Shown here one piece after another: positions 15,822 through 26,400 of a stretch of DNA of 64,000 bases (the first letter of the stretch is position 1; every line of letters begins with the position of its first letter). Position numbers and translations under genes: made by a program. Below the pieces are notes generated by a model that searched no databases, was not told where the DNA came from, and saw only the letters and a program-made list of their open reading frames with translations. The DNA comes from Anaerolineales bacterium. GTDB taxonomy: Bacteria > Chloroflexota > Anaerolineae > Anaerolineales > Villigracilaceae. The stretch is taken from NCBI GenBank assembly GCA_050013095.1, contig JBEKFY010000016.1, positions 1,145 to 65,144 on the forward strand, in the 5' to 3' direction.

Positions 15822-17621
15822 TTATAAATCCTCGTATATAGCACCTATATTTAGTTGGTGACCATCAACCAGAAGTTTTACAGTCTTGATAACCAATTCG
15901 GCACGTTTTCTCAAGAAGAGATTAAAGTCATTCTTTATTTTTATCGATTTTTCTTTTTTGGACAATCCTTCATAGCCGCCATTTGATAGTTCTTGAATTG
16001 GAATCAAATGGGATTGAAGGCGTTCACGAATAATTTCTTCAGTTGTCCATTCATAACGGTCTTTTAGGTATTCAAGGGGGTCTTTTCGACCAATTGAAAT
16101 ATTAGTTTTGTCGATTATCAAAGCACAGTTCAAAGCCCGAAAACTATCAATTTCCCCCTCCTTCAGCAAAGCATCTGGGAAGATATGATGATATTGTCGC
16201 TGTCCAATATTATTTATGTCCAATCGTTCTCCTGTGGAGAAATCCAATGCCCCTAAACGTGAGGCTACAGCTAAAATACCTCGACCTCGAATGGTGGTTC
16301 GTTTAGGCCACTCAACTGGAATCAATTCTTCTACTTCAACAAGAGAATACTCAGAGAGAATTGGTACATCGGTAAAGCTGTATTCTGTGCCATCTTCTTT
16401 TAGCTCGGTTCGTATAATACCGCCTAGTGCATTAAAATCTGAAAAGGCATGTGTAGCTGCTGCGTTTTCGTAACGGTCAGTAAAGAAGGCGTACCAAAGA
16501 TATTTTTTCAATAGGAGCTCATCCTGTCCTAGTTTATCTCCCGATTCTGGAATATCCGCATATAATGCGGCGATAACTGCCAAAACAGCATTGGTCGGTA
16601 AGCGTTGTTCATCGTAGATACCTTCGCTTTTTAGGAACGTCGCCATGCGATACAAGCCGCGCTCCATTTTCCCCCAATTTTCAACCATCTTGCGCTTGTC
16701 CATATCCCAAACGCCACGCTGATTCGGTAAAAATCCCTGCAAAAGGGAGGATGTTGTAAGGATTAACTCTGACAATGTGGAATAGCGAGCCACTTCAGGA
16801 TGCTTTTCGTTGAGTTCATCTTCTAAATCATGAAGCGATTTGCCCATTACATTTTCAACTTCAGCGACAACGATGTCATACATCGAAAGCGGTTTGCTGT
16901 TCGTGTTCATGTTAATAAACACTTTTAACGCTACAGATTTGTCTGTGTTTGAAGGTAATGATAAATAAGGCAGATTGTAATTCGCAACAACAGAGCGCAA
17001 ATCTTTGATTCTGTCGCTTACTCGTTTTTGAAAATCATAGAATTTTTTCAACTCGCTCTTACCGCCATCCTTGGGCTCATGTGGACTTGTTGCCTTTTCA
17101 ATCCAGTCATCAATTTCTTTCTGAATATCTTCGGGGCGGAGAAGGTGAACTGGAATCATTCCTCTCTGCAAACATTGCGCGGGGTCATCACACCAAATCG
17201 GATATCGTTCACCATTCTTCTTGTAGTAACGCCCGCGCCAGTATGTAATCATATCCTCCATTTCTTCGTCCTTGTCATAGTTGTCAAACTCTTTTAGATG
17301 GATAAAGTATGTCTCCCACTCGTAATTATTATGAAAGACACGCCACAACGCGGTAAGTCTTTGTTGACCATCAAGCAAATGTTCATAGATACGACTACTC
17401 AATTCGGGCGCGGTTGCTAAATATCGAGAAATGAATTTTTCCTCATCGCCTACCTCCAGAATGAGTGTGATGCCAAGTGGGAGGTTTTGAATTACGGTTT
17501 CAATCAGACTGCAAATTCGTCCTCGATCCCAGGCTTCGAAACGTTGAAATCGTGGCAGTCTGATCTCAGCTTGTTGAATTTTCCCATACCAATCACTAAG
17601 TTTACGATTTCTAGCTTCCAT
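15822..17621 (-). CDS. GmrSD-family (DUF262 + DUF1524) type IV restriction enzyme, BrxU-like
   Basis: N-terminal DUF262/ParB-like region: RLPRFQRFEAWD ... LLDGQQRLTAL. C-terminal His-Me/DUF1524-like region: QYHHIFPDALL ... IIDKTNISIGRKDP. It lies at the distal end of the BREX operon. Confidence 0.8.
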   Translation of the reverse strand: MEARNRKLSDWYGKIQQAEIRLPRFQRFEAWDRGRICSLIETVIQNLPLGITLILEVGDEEKFISRYLATAPELSSRIYEHLLDGQQRLTALWRVFHNNYEWETYFIHLKEFDNYDKDEEMEDMITYWRGRYYKKNGERYPIWCDDPAQCLQRGMIPVHLLRPEDIQKEIDDWIEKATSPHEPKDGGKSELKKFYDFQKRVSDRIKDLRSVVANYNLPYLSLPSNTDKSVALKVFINMNTNSKPLSMYDIVVAEVENVMGKSLHDLEDELNEKHPEVARYSTLSELILTTSSLLQGFLPNQRGVWDMDKRKMVENWGKMERGLYRMATFLKSEGIYDEQRLPTNAVLAVIAALYADIPESGDKLGQDELLLKKYLWYAFFTDRYENAAATHAFSDFNALGGIIRTELKEDGTEYSFTDVPILSEYSLVEVEELIPVEWPKRTTIRGRGILAVASRLGALDFSTGERLDINNIGQRQYHHIFPDALLKEGEIDSFRALNCALIIDKTNISIGRKDPLEYLKDRYEWTTEEIIRERLQSHLIPIQELSNGGYEGLSKKEKSIKIKNDFNLFLRKRAELVIKTVKLLVDGHQLNIGAIYEDL

Positions 17622-17746
17622 TGGGTTTGTATCCTCATGTTATGAGATTAATATTCTGGCTTTCTCAGTTTAGAAAACTAAAATTACGATAGCAGTATTG
17701 AACCCAGCTTTTATAGGTTCAAATCCTGTAAAGGCTTTCCTTTAAT

Positions 17747-18775
17747 CTAATCTACCTTGCTATTCTCTCGATTATAAGATACCAATGATTTCAATATGTC
17801 GGACAACTCCTCTTCATGTGTAAGGTTTGGAATGTCCACTGCTGCACATGGTCCATTATAAAAATCTTGCACCCCTTGAGAGAGAGTCGCCACTGTGTAA
17901 TATTTAATTAGACTTTTTATTCGTTCTTCAGGCATCATGACAATAAAACGAATCTTCTTACTTCTGAATTTTATAAAGGCGATATTTTTAGGGCCTTTAA
18001 TGGATATATAATATTTTTGAGGATTAAAAATCAATTTATCATCAATACTCAAGGCTATCTGTTTTATCTTTTCGTAGATATTTCTCAAACCTTGATCTAC
18101 ATTTTCTAGATGATATTCTTCAGATATTACACGGTCTTCAGTTTCTTCGTTTGTCAAATCAATATGCTCTATGTATTGAATGGCTTCAAAGTCCGGAGTA
18201 ATAGTGTAAATATAATCGGTGTTAGAAATATATTTTTTTATCTCTACTAACTTAACCAGTTTTCCCCAAGTATCGGTGTAAGTATCAAATATTTCTGGTA
18301 GTTCTGTAATTTGGCCGTCGGTTATGAGCAATATATTTTGACTGGTCTCGATAATATTGCTAAGAAATTTATATACCTCAGTATTACCAAGAAATCCCCT
18401 AAATGAAGTTTTAAGGGTTTTATCCTTTTCGACCGCTTCATAAAGTTTGTCTACAAGTTCTTTTCGAAGTTTAGTGTTCTTATAAAATGCAAAGAATTTT
18501 GTGATCTGTGGAAAAATATGTTTGTAAAAGCTGTGTTGTGTAACTTCAATTTCAACTATATAAAATTGTGGGTCAGCTTTGTCTGTAAAATCAAAGAAAA
18601 ATCCATCAGGTATAGAATCACCTAATGATCTTGATTCAATCTTCTTTTTAGCATTAATATAAATAGTGTCTTTCCCGAATAATACCTTTGAGTGTAAAAC
18701 CACGTCATCCTCAAAATCCTTTTCGGAAGGAAATTTGAATTCTAAATAGCGTTTACCATTTCCGATGATAGTCAT
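17747..18775 (-). CDS. Hypothetical protein, possible PD-(D/E)xK-like N-terminal domain and DUF5655-like C-terminal domain
   Basis: IPDGFFFDF...FYIVEIEVTQHS resembles a restriction-endonuclease-fold core. The C-terminal YYISIKGPKNIAFIKFRSKKIRFIVMM resembles DUF5655 (from memory). It is co-oriented between brxL and the GmrSD gene. Confidence 0.45.
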   Translation of the reverse strand: MTIIGNGKRYLEFKFPSEKDFEDDVVLHSKVLFGKDTIYINAKKKIESRSLGDSIPDGFFFDFTDKADPQFYIVEIEVTQHSFYKHIFPQITKFFAFYKNTKLRKELVDKLYEAVEKDKTLKTSFRGFLGNTEVYKFLSNIIETSQNILLITDGQITELPEIFDTYTDTWGKLVKLVEIKKYISNTDYIYTITPDFEAIQYIEHIDLTNEETEDRVISEEYHLENVDQGLRNIYEKIKQIALSIDDKLIFNPQKYYISIKGPKNIAFIKFRSKKIRFIVMMPEERIKSLIKYYTVATLSQGVQDFYNGPCAAVDIPNLTHEEELSDILKSLVSYNRENSKVD

Positions 18776-18929
18776 AATTGGCTCCTGGATTATTCATCCC
18801 AAAAAGCTTACCCTGCTCGTTCAGAAACTATTCAAATCCGGCTACATTTTTATGTTGTTAAAAGAGAAGCCGTTATCCCTAGCTGTTTTATTCCATTAGA
18901 ACTTTCCTCCCACCAGTAAAAAGTTCATA

Positions 18930-20960
18930 TTATTGTCTAAAATGCTTCTTCGAATACTCCAATACTTCACTGGTCGATAACTGTACTGAAGATGGACCAT
19001 TGCGCACATAAAACTCTTCAAGCCCGTCAATCTTCAGGAAAACTGGAGTAGAACTAGTTTTACAATCCACCCGTAAGATTTTCTTATCGTCAATTACTTT
19101 CAGTACATATTGAATTTGATTTACGAACTGCTTGCCTATTTTGCCGTTGATGAGGTTAGCAAAATGAAGCAAATATTTATCATCATTCGGGAGTTGATCC
19201 AGGTCGAGCCCAAGAATATTGCCATTATCCTCCACCCCAACCAACAATATACCACCCTCCGTGTTCAGAAAGGCAACGATCGTTTTCAACACATCATGCT
19301 CAATGCCTTTATCAATCTGTTTTGCCAGGATATTCCAACGAAGGGTAGACTTGAACTCCAGCTTGGCATTTTCGCCAGCTTGTATCAATTTCTCTTCGTC
19401 TGACAACCCTTTCTCTTGAAGCTTTTCAGATACGTTTATAGTCTGCTTTTTATTGTCGGGTTGGGTTACGGGTTTATTGTAATAATGCTGCGGGTACTGC
19501 TTTTCCTCCGCAGTTTTGACAACTATCTCCTCCCCCTCCCCTGAGGCAAAGTACTTGAAAGTTACATCAGGATAAGTGTTGTCAATTCTCATCAATTGGT
19601 CTTTGATACGTTTTCTGCCTTCGATAGAAAACTTCAAAAGCATTTCCACATCTTCTTTGGGTGCTTCACCAGCAGGGAATAAAATCTTTATCAAGCCAGA
19701 TAGCGATTTAGTAATCCCATCCCGATCCCGGGTAGAAATATCATCAGACAGCTCAAAGTTCTCCAAGTATTTTTGAGAGAAATCATAGCTCCTGAGTTTT
19801 CTCAGGATCTCTGCCAGATAATCAACGACGAATCCATATCCACGAGAAAACATCTCACCCCGGATGATTTCCACTTCCCATCCTGGGATGTAAAAATGGA
19901 GGCGATCGAGAAAGGCAGAGTCATAGTATTGGGTAGGAAGGTCGTCGAATAGGTTCGTATGCCTGAGCATATACTCGAGGTCATGGGTGGTATTCCCAAC
20001 AAAGGCCATGGACGCTTCAGCGCCGAGCGTTTCTATGCCTCTTGAAAAAGTTTTATTGGCCATGTAGTTCTTAAGGATATCGACCAATGCCTTATTTGCC
20101 GTTTTCTTCTTACCCGCAAATTCATCGAAAGCGACGATATCCCAGTAACCGACTAATCCAATCCTTCCGGTTGTATTATTCACAAATAGCTTTGGCACAG
20201 TTACTTCTCCACCTGAGATAAGGATCCCATGTGGAGAAAAATCGGAATAAATATGAGACTTGCCTGTCCCCTTGGGACCCAATTCGATCAGGTTGAAATT
20301 GCGCTCGCAGTAGGGAACCAGGCGCATTAATTGGAGCAATTTTGCTCTCGATGAGAACTTTGATGGATCGAAGCCGATGCTTTGGATAAGCAGATCGATC
20401 CATTCGTCCAGCGTGAACTGCTTGCGCGCTTCCAGATACTGTTCGAAATCAAAATTAGACATCTGGATCGGTTTGATCGAGACTAGGATCCAAGGGACAA
20501 CCTTGGGATCATCAGTATATTTGTATTCGATGTCTGAGATACACCAAACTCCACTGACCAGAAGCTTAGGATGCTTCTTGACCGTATCCGAATCGATCCA
20601 TACTTCGCTAATACCCAGATTGGAGAAGGCCGCTTCGTAGGTGTCGTTCCGCTCATTGAGTTCTACGCTGACTTTGTCAATTACCCTATGCCGCCCTTTT
20701 TCCCTGATGAGGGATTTGACAAGATTGGCTTCATTACGATGCACATAATGTTCACGAATTACATCTTTGACCGTCTCTATCCCTGATTGCAAACTGGTTT
20801 CATCTGAAGTAGCACAATATTGGCCCAACAGGTATTCAAGCACGTAGGTCGGTACAACCGCATTACCTCTAACCGCTTTGACCAGGTCCTTGCGGACAAC
20901 CAAGCCAGCAAAGTGTTCGTTGATTTTTTGGTCCAGGTAGTTCATCACATTTCCTTCCAA
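18930..20960 (-). CDS. brxL: BrxL-family AAA+ protein, with the C-terminal Lon-like domain apparently replaced by an AlbA_2/Schlafen-type domain
   Basis: Canonical BrxL N-terminus: LDQKINEHFAGLVVRKDLVKAVRGNAVVPTYVLEYLLGQYCA. Walker A LGPKGTGKSH, Walker B WDIVAFDEFAG. The last 150 aa or so read ENAKLEFKSTL...VLKTIVAFLNTEGGILLVGVEDNGNILGL (AlbA_2 signature). No GPSAG-type Lon serine motif is present. Confidence 0.85.
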   Translation of the reverse strand: MEGNVMNYLDQKINEHFAGLVVRKDLVKAVRGNAVVPTYVLEYLLGQYCATSDETSLQSGIETVKDVIREHYVHRNEANLVKSLIREKGRHRVIDKVSVELNERNDTYEAAFSNLGISEVWIDSDTVKKHPKLLVSGVWCISDIEYKYTDDPKVVPWILVSIKPIQMSNFDFEQYLEARKQFTLDEWIDLLIQSIGFDPSKFSSRAKLLQLMRLVPYCERNFNLIELGPKGTGKSHIYSDFSPHGILISGGEVTVPKLFVNNTTGRIGLVGYWDIVAFDEFAGKKKTANKALVDILKNYMANKTFSRGIETLGAEASMAFVGNTTHDLEYMLRHTNLFDDLPTQYYDSAFLDRLHFYIPGWEVEIIRGEMFSRGYGFVVDYLAEILRKLRSYDFSQKYLENFELSDDISTRDRDGITKSLSGLIKILFPAGEAPKEDVEMLLKFSIEGRKRIKDQLMRIDNTYPDVTFKYFASGEGEEIVVKTAEEKQYPQHYYNKPVTQPDNKKQTINVSEKLQEKGLSDEEKLIQAGENAKLEFKSTLRWNILAKQIDKGIEHDVLKTIVAFLNTEGGILLVGVEDNGNILGLDLDQLPNDDKYLLHFANLINGKIGKQFVNQIQYVLKVIDDKKILRVDCKTSSTPVFLKIDGLEEFYVRNGPSSVQLSTSEVLEYSKKHFRQ

Positions 20961-23453
20961 CTAAAGATCAAAATCCGTATTGAACGAACGCCTGAGTTGA
21001 TAATCCATAGAACGATACTCTCTATAATGCGATGTGCTAGCAACGGATTCTTCCATTTTTAGATAAACCGTTTGATTGTTCACATCATCCGCTTTTCGAC
21101 TCAGGATAAAGCGTACCCGCACTTCCCTCTCACGAGGGTTAGGGGATGCCAAATCAAAATCAAGATAATGAGAATCGGAGATCAGCATATTATCCTGAGT
21201 ATAAATCCCAGCTCGGATGTGTCTGGCTTGAAGCTTAGGAGAAACAGGTTCGGTCTGGAAAAAAACGACCGAAATTTGTCCAGATGAAATGATCGAAGAT
21301 GAACTGGTGATGATATCAACTTCCACAATGCCCACATCGGCTGCACGGATCTTGTTAATCTTGATAACAGGGATGATTACTTCCTGCAAGGCTGCACCAC
21401 CATGGACGTAACGACTTCCTGAACCTTGTAGCCGCAGACGATTGATCGACTTGGGAATCATTACCTGAAAATCACCTGTCAAACCTAATTCGCTGAATTT
21501 AAAATCTTTCATACTTTTATTAGAATTCAATCCATTTCCAATAATAAACCTGCGAGTACGATAATAGATTTCTTCACCCTCGACATCCTGATACGCAAAT
21601 TCGCTTTCATCAAGAGGTTGGTTCTGATAAATAAAACCATGGTCTGAAGTAATTAGAATATTGGAAAAATAGGAATCATACAATTTTTTTAAAATAGCCT
21701 TTATATCTTCAAAGGTTTTATCAATGATATCAAAGACCCTTCCTTCCGATAATTTATCATCGCCAGTGTGGTCAATTTGATCGTGGTAAATATAAACGAC
21801 TTGAGCTCCTTTCGTTACTTCCCGGTATTTATCTCGATTCATCGAGAGTAGGTCTTCGGCGCGAAGTGCAATCGCACCCTTTTCGACCGCATTCGAAAGG
21901 ATATTCGACCGGTTATCAAGGCCTTTCGAGGATTGCCCATCTACTTGGACGCTTCCATCTTTTAATATCGTCAGTTCATGATGAGGTAAAAGAGCCGCCA
22001 TGCCCAGTTGGGTATAGGTTGGTAGCGAAGACAAAATTGGTTCTATCTCTGCTGTATACCCTTCTTCCTTTTCTATCTCTCCAGCTAACTCCTGCCCAAT
22101 CTCATACCGAAGAGCATCCGAGATGATCACTGCAACTTTATTTTTGGTACTTAGATATTCACTTATGTAATGGGTGAAAAACTCAGATTGACTCAGAAAT
22201 GGGGCGGCTTCCCAGATTTGAGCAGAGTCGACAAAATGTTGCCATTTATCATTGAGTTCGAGTAAATAGTTGTTTGAGTAGAGGTTTTCAATCCGTTCTA
22301 TCAATTTTGATAAGAGGGTAGTCGCCTTCGAAGACCGTACATGGAAAATTAATTTTCGGTAGTACTGATCCAGACGATACCAGGTGCTCTGATATTTGCG
22401 GATTCCATCGGGCATGGATTCCATGCGCAGGTCGGCGTTATCCAATTCGTTGACGAATTTGGAGCCGAAATTCAGGGCTTCATAAATGTCGCTGAATTCT
22501 CTGAACCAATGCGTGTTGCGCCTGCGCCAGATAAGATTATCACATTCCCCTGCAGAAAGAGTGCGGTCGAGAATCTGCTGGGTAAGGGTGGCTAGAATTT
22601 TCTTGTCGATTAGCTGGAAATAATCAATATCGATTATTTTTTGGATCGACCGGTTCTGTAAATCATTCTCAATACCCAGAATATCGGCATACTCATTGGA
22701 GAGAGCTTCGAAGGCAGCTTGATAATGGACACTATCTCGCCAACGTTTGAGGAAGACCAGCGCATCTTGCGTGAGAGTCGAAGTCTCTTCAAGGCTTTGG
22801 AAATAACATGCTTTGAAAAGAGTGATCGCAAAGTCCTGAATGCCTGGAGTTTGGGATTTGTAACCAAATTGGGCTTCGAGCCGGCCCCACAGGAATGTAT
22901 CCAAATTACAGAGGTGGATCAACCCAAATCTCTCATGTTTGTCTTCAGCAAGATCCCCCAATAAAATTTCCAGAACGCTTTCCACCCGATTTTCAATATC
23001 ATTGACGCAAACTGCCAGCATCTTGGTTCGAATGGCATTGTGGGTATCATCCGCAACAAGCCGAGACTTGAGGGCAAGGCGACGTTTTTCGTCCTTAAAA
23101 AACTCTATGTGTTCCTGGATCAGATCCCAAAGGCTAGGCGCGAGCTCTAATTCGCTCATCCACAAAGACACCTGATCGCCGCTAAACTCTCCTTGTGCCA
23201 GTAGGACATCCAACAACCAGTTATTCAATTCTTCTGGTTTCGGACCTTCGTGATAGAGCAAGAATTTTTGCCCGGGCTTCACACGCAGGACGTGATATTT
23301 AACTCCATATTCGTTATTCTTCAGTTCAATCTTTTCCACCCCCTCAAGCTGCAGGGATTCAAATTCCTGCCGTAATTCCTTCTTTTCGTCATACCAGAAT
23401 ACGATCCGGTGTTTATCGAAAAGGCGGGTAATGGCCTGTGCAATTTTATCCAT
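20961..23453 (-). CDS. pglZ: BREX PglZ alkaline-phosphatase-superfamily protein
   Basis: An 830-aa protein in the canonical position between pglX and brxL. The PglZ-type core (VAVIISDALRYE ... ILITSDHGF) matches the family signature. Confidence 0.9.
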   Translation of the reverse strand: MDKIAQAITRLFDKHRIVFWYDEKKELRQEFESLQLEGVEKIELKNNEYGVKYHVLRVKPGQKFLLYHEGPKPEELNNWLLDVLLAQGEFSGDQVSLWMSELELAPSLWDLIQEHIEFFKDEKRRLALKSRLVADDTHNAIRTKMLAVCVNDIENRVESVLEILLGDLAEDKHERFGLIHLCNLDTFLWGRLEAQFGYKSQTPGIQDFAITLFKACYFQSLEETSTLTQDALVFLKRWRDSVHYQAAFEALSNEYADILGIENDLQNRSIQKIIDIDYFQLIDKKILATLTQQILDRTLSAGECDNLIWRRRNTHWFREFSDIYEALNFGSKFVNELDNADLRMESMPDGIRKYQSTWYRLDQYYRKLIFHVRSSKATTLLSKLIERIENLYSNNYLLELNDKWQHFVDSAQIWEAAPFLSQSEFFTHYISEYLSTKNKVAVIISDALRYEIGQELAGEIEKEEGYTAEIEPILSSLPTYTQLGMAALLPHHELTILKDGSVQVDGQSSKGLDNRSNILSNAVEKGAIALRAEDLLSMNRDKYREVTKGAQVVYIYHDQIDHTGDDKLSEGRVFDIIDKTFEDIKAILKKLYDSYFSNILITSDHGFIYQNQPLDESEFAYQDVEGEEIYYRTRRFIIGNGLNSNKSMKDFKFSELGLTGDFQVMIPKSINRLRLQGSGSRYVHGGAALQEVIIPVIKINKIRAADVGIVEVDIITSSSSIISSGQISVVFFQTEPVSPKLQARHIRAGIYTQDNMLISDSHYLDFDLASPNPREREVRVRFILSRKADDVNNQTVYLKMEESVASTSHYREYRSMDYQLRRSFNTDFDL

Positions 23454-23461
23454 GGAATGAC

Positions 23462-26400
23462 CTACTCACTCAACCCTGGGATATGACTCAATGCGGAACC
23501 GAATTTATTGTAATTGACCTTAACCCCGTCATCCAGATCAATCTTGACCTGCTCCGTCGCCAACGGATAGAGGATCTCATCCTCATATTCCTTCAACTCG
23601 GACAATACTTTGTCGAACTGGGTAGTCTCTTTCAAGGCTTTCGTCTTCTGGCTTTGACTCGCGCTCCCACTGACCGAGACCGCTTCCAAATGTGATTTGT
23701 GCGACTGGAGTTTCTTGATGTATTCGCGCAAATAGTCATTCAGCACAATGGAGACAGTATCGGGCTGGTAGCGGTGCAAGTAGATCAATGCATTGAAACT
23801 GCCCTTGGGGCTGGAGAACATCCAATAAATAGGACGTTTCTTGTAGGTCTGCATATGGTCTTTGTAGAATTCCTTGACAAAGTAACTGCGAACATCGCGC
23901 CCAATCGACTCTTCGATAAACATAAGGTTTTCGTCGTAATGCTCTTCACCAAATGTGACGCGCAAGAACTTCTTGAAGCGTTCGGCAATATCGTCTTCGA
24001 ACCATTCGCCTTCCAGAACGGGGATGACGTTGTCTTCATCAGGCATGAAGGTTGGCTTGGGGACTTGCTTCAAGTAGTCCTTGATCGTCTCGCCCTGATT
24101 TGCCAGCACCAGACCTGGCTTGTCAAGCGAGTAGCGCCCGAACATACAGCCCACAGCGTAACTGATGAATTCCTTCATCGTATCGGTGCGTAAGAGTGCT
24201 TCCAGTTCTCCTTTGCTTCTTTTACCACCATAACGATAGCGTGGATTGCATGTCAGCGTGATTTCTTCTAGTGGCACTTCGGCCGTCAGTTCGTCTTGCA
24301 GTCCGTAGGCTTCAATGAAGCCACGATTGTTTTCTTCTTCCAATTCGCGCATCTGTTGCGTATGATTAACCCAATCCTGGCGCAGTAGTTCATATGTTTT
24401 ATTAAATATTTCTTGTCGGAAACTAGGATTCAGCAGGGGACATTCGCGAAAACCCCAAGATGTTTCATACATATCCCAATCGGATCGCGCTATGTCGATT
24501 AATTGCTTTCCATTTCTACCAAGCTTCAGGTTTGGTAATGGCGTTTGACTGATTATGCCAGAACTATAGTTAAGTGTTGGGTTCATAATTCCAATTAGAT
24601 TCACCCAAATTTTGCTATTTAATCCAATGAGTAAACCAAATAAATCCGAATCACTACTAAACCCAAAGACTCCTCCAGCCGCATTTGAAATCATTGTGCT
24701 TTCATCAGAAAGTCTAAAGGAGATTTTTCCAAATGAAATAGTTGACCAAGTAATTCCTTTAAGAAAGTAAAGTTCTGTATTAAAAATCCGTCTTGACCAA
24801 TGAGTAGTATTGGGGTCCTTAGGGTTGCTTGTTACCCATGCTTTTATCTCTTTTCCATCATCCCTCCAATTAACTACATGCTCTAAATTTCCAAACCATT
24901 TCCTATATTGCCCCCCTTTTTGGAAAAGATACCAAACTTCTGAGCGCGAAATCGACTCTTCGCGGGATCTTACAACAGAGTTAATATTATTACGTGATGG
25001 TTCCCAGATAAATCTCACAAATCTTTCATTGTCAGATGTGGAAAGTCCGCTACCTACTAATAAAAGTCTACCAATCTTTTTTTCTTTGAATAAAGCAGAT
25101 GTTCCTTTACCAAGCCAATAAGCAATCAGATTGCCAGGAATATCGCTAAAATCAGCGGCTTTTGCATGGTACACAAAGCCGCAATTAGGGTTCTTTATTG
25201 ATTCTCTAATAGCGTTGGCTTTCTTTGCTTCAGTTTTTTCATCAACGAGACGAATATATAGTCCATTACCTTTGGCAAGAACAGACTGCAGGACAAACGC
25301 TGTAGTTGATACTACCTCACCTCCGATACTGTCAAATGCTCTAGCACCTAAATGAGCCATAGACAAAATTGACCAATAATTCAAGATTTTTAACCGCATC
25401 TTCTCAAATGACGATAGAAACATCCAGCTTTGCATAGTGACCATTGAGCTATATCCTTCAGTAAGTACAAAGTCAAAATTACGTTCAATAAACATAGCAA
25501 AGATATCGGATTTACTATCAGGATAAAAATCCTTAGCAAAAATTTTAAGGTCCTCGTTAAACCCGCTACCGCCCATATATGGCGGATTAGTAACAGATAC
25601 ATGGTAGCGGGGTGAAAGAAACTCGGCGAATTTCAACACTTTCAACACGCGCTCATGCACGCTATACAAAAACAGATCCCCGCCCAGGTTCTTCCCCTCC
25701 AACATGCTACGCACATAACCTGCATCGGTCAGCAATGGGCGGATAAGCGAACCAAAGTTATCCGTGTGCTCAAACTGACGCAGGGTCTCCATTAACGGCT
25801 CTGTGAACAGGTCACGCCCAACCGCCTTCGTATACTGCTTTAACTCTGCGTCGGTGAAGGTTACATTCTCGAACACGCAGATATTCGGGTTCGTTTCACG
25901 TGTAAAAAATCGGCGGTCTTTGGCGCGTGCTTTCATCATCATCGCGAACGCCGCTAGCGCTCCGGCGCGCGGGTCAATTTCGAGGCCGAAGAGGTTCTTC
26001 TCAAGGATCAGGCGTGGAATGTCCGCTGGCTGGTATCCTGATTCCTCATAGATGGCATAGAGGAGGTCGAAAGCGAAGGTCAGCATGTGCCCGGATCCGC
26101 AAGCAGGATCGCAAATCCGCAGCTCTTCGGGGTCGGAGACCTTCAGAAAGTCCTTTTCCTCTTGATTTGGTCTTATATAGTATTCCATCTGAGCGACCAG
26201 CTTCGAGTCTGGATGGTTGAGCATCCACAGCCGGCCGAGTGAATTCTCAACCAGGTAGCGTACAATCCAATGCGGGGTGAACAACTGCGTCGCTGCCGGG
26301 ATATCCACAGCCTCTATTTTCTGGTTCTCCTTAAGTGCTTCAAAGACCTCATCCTTGCGCTCCGAAATGTAATACTGGTACAGCCAGCCAATCACCTCCA

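Noticed and set aside
23699-24193. A 164-aa plus-strand ORF inside pglX, along with other antisense ORFs inside BREX genes.
   Set aside because: They are embedded in long, motif-bearing BREX genes on the other strand and have no independent support.
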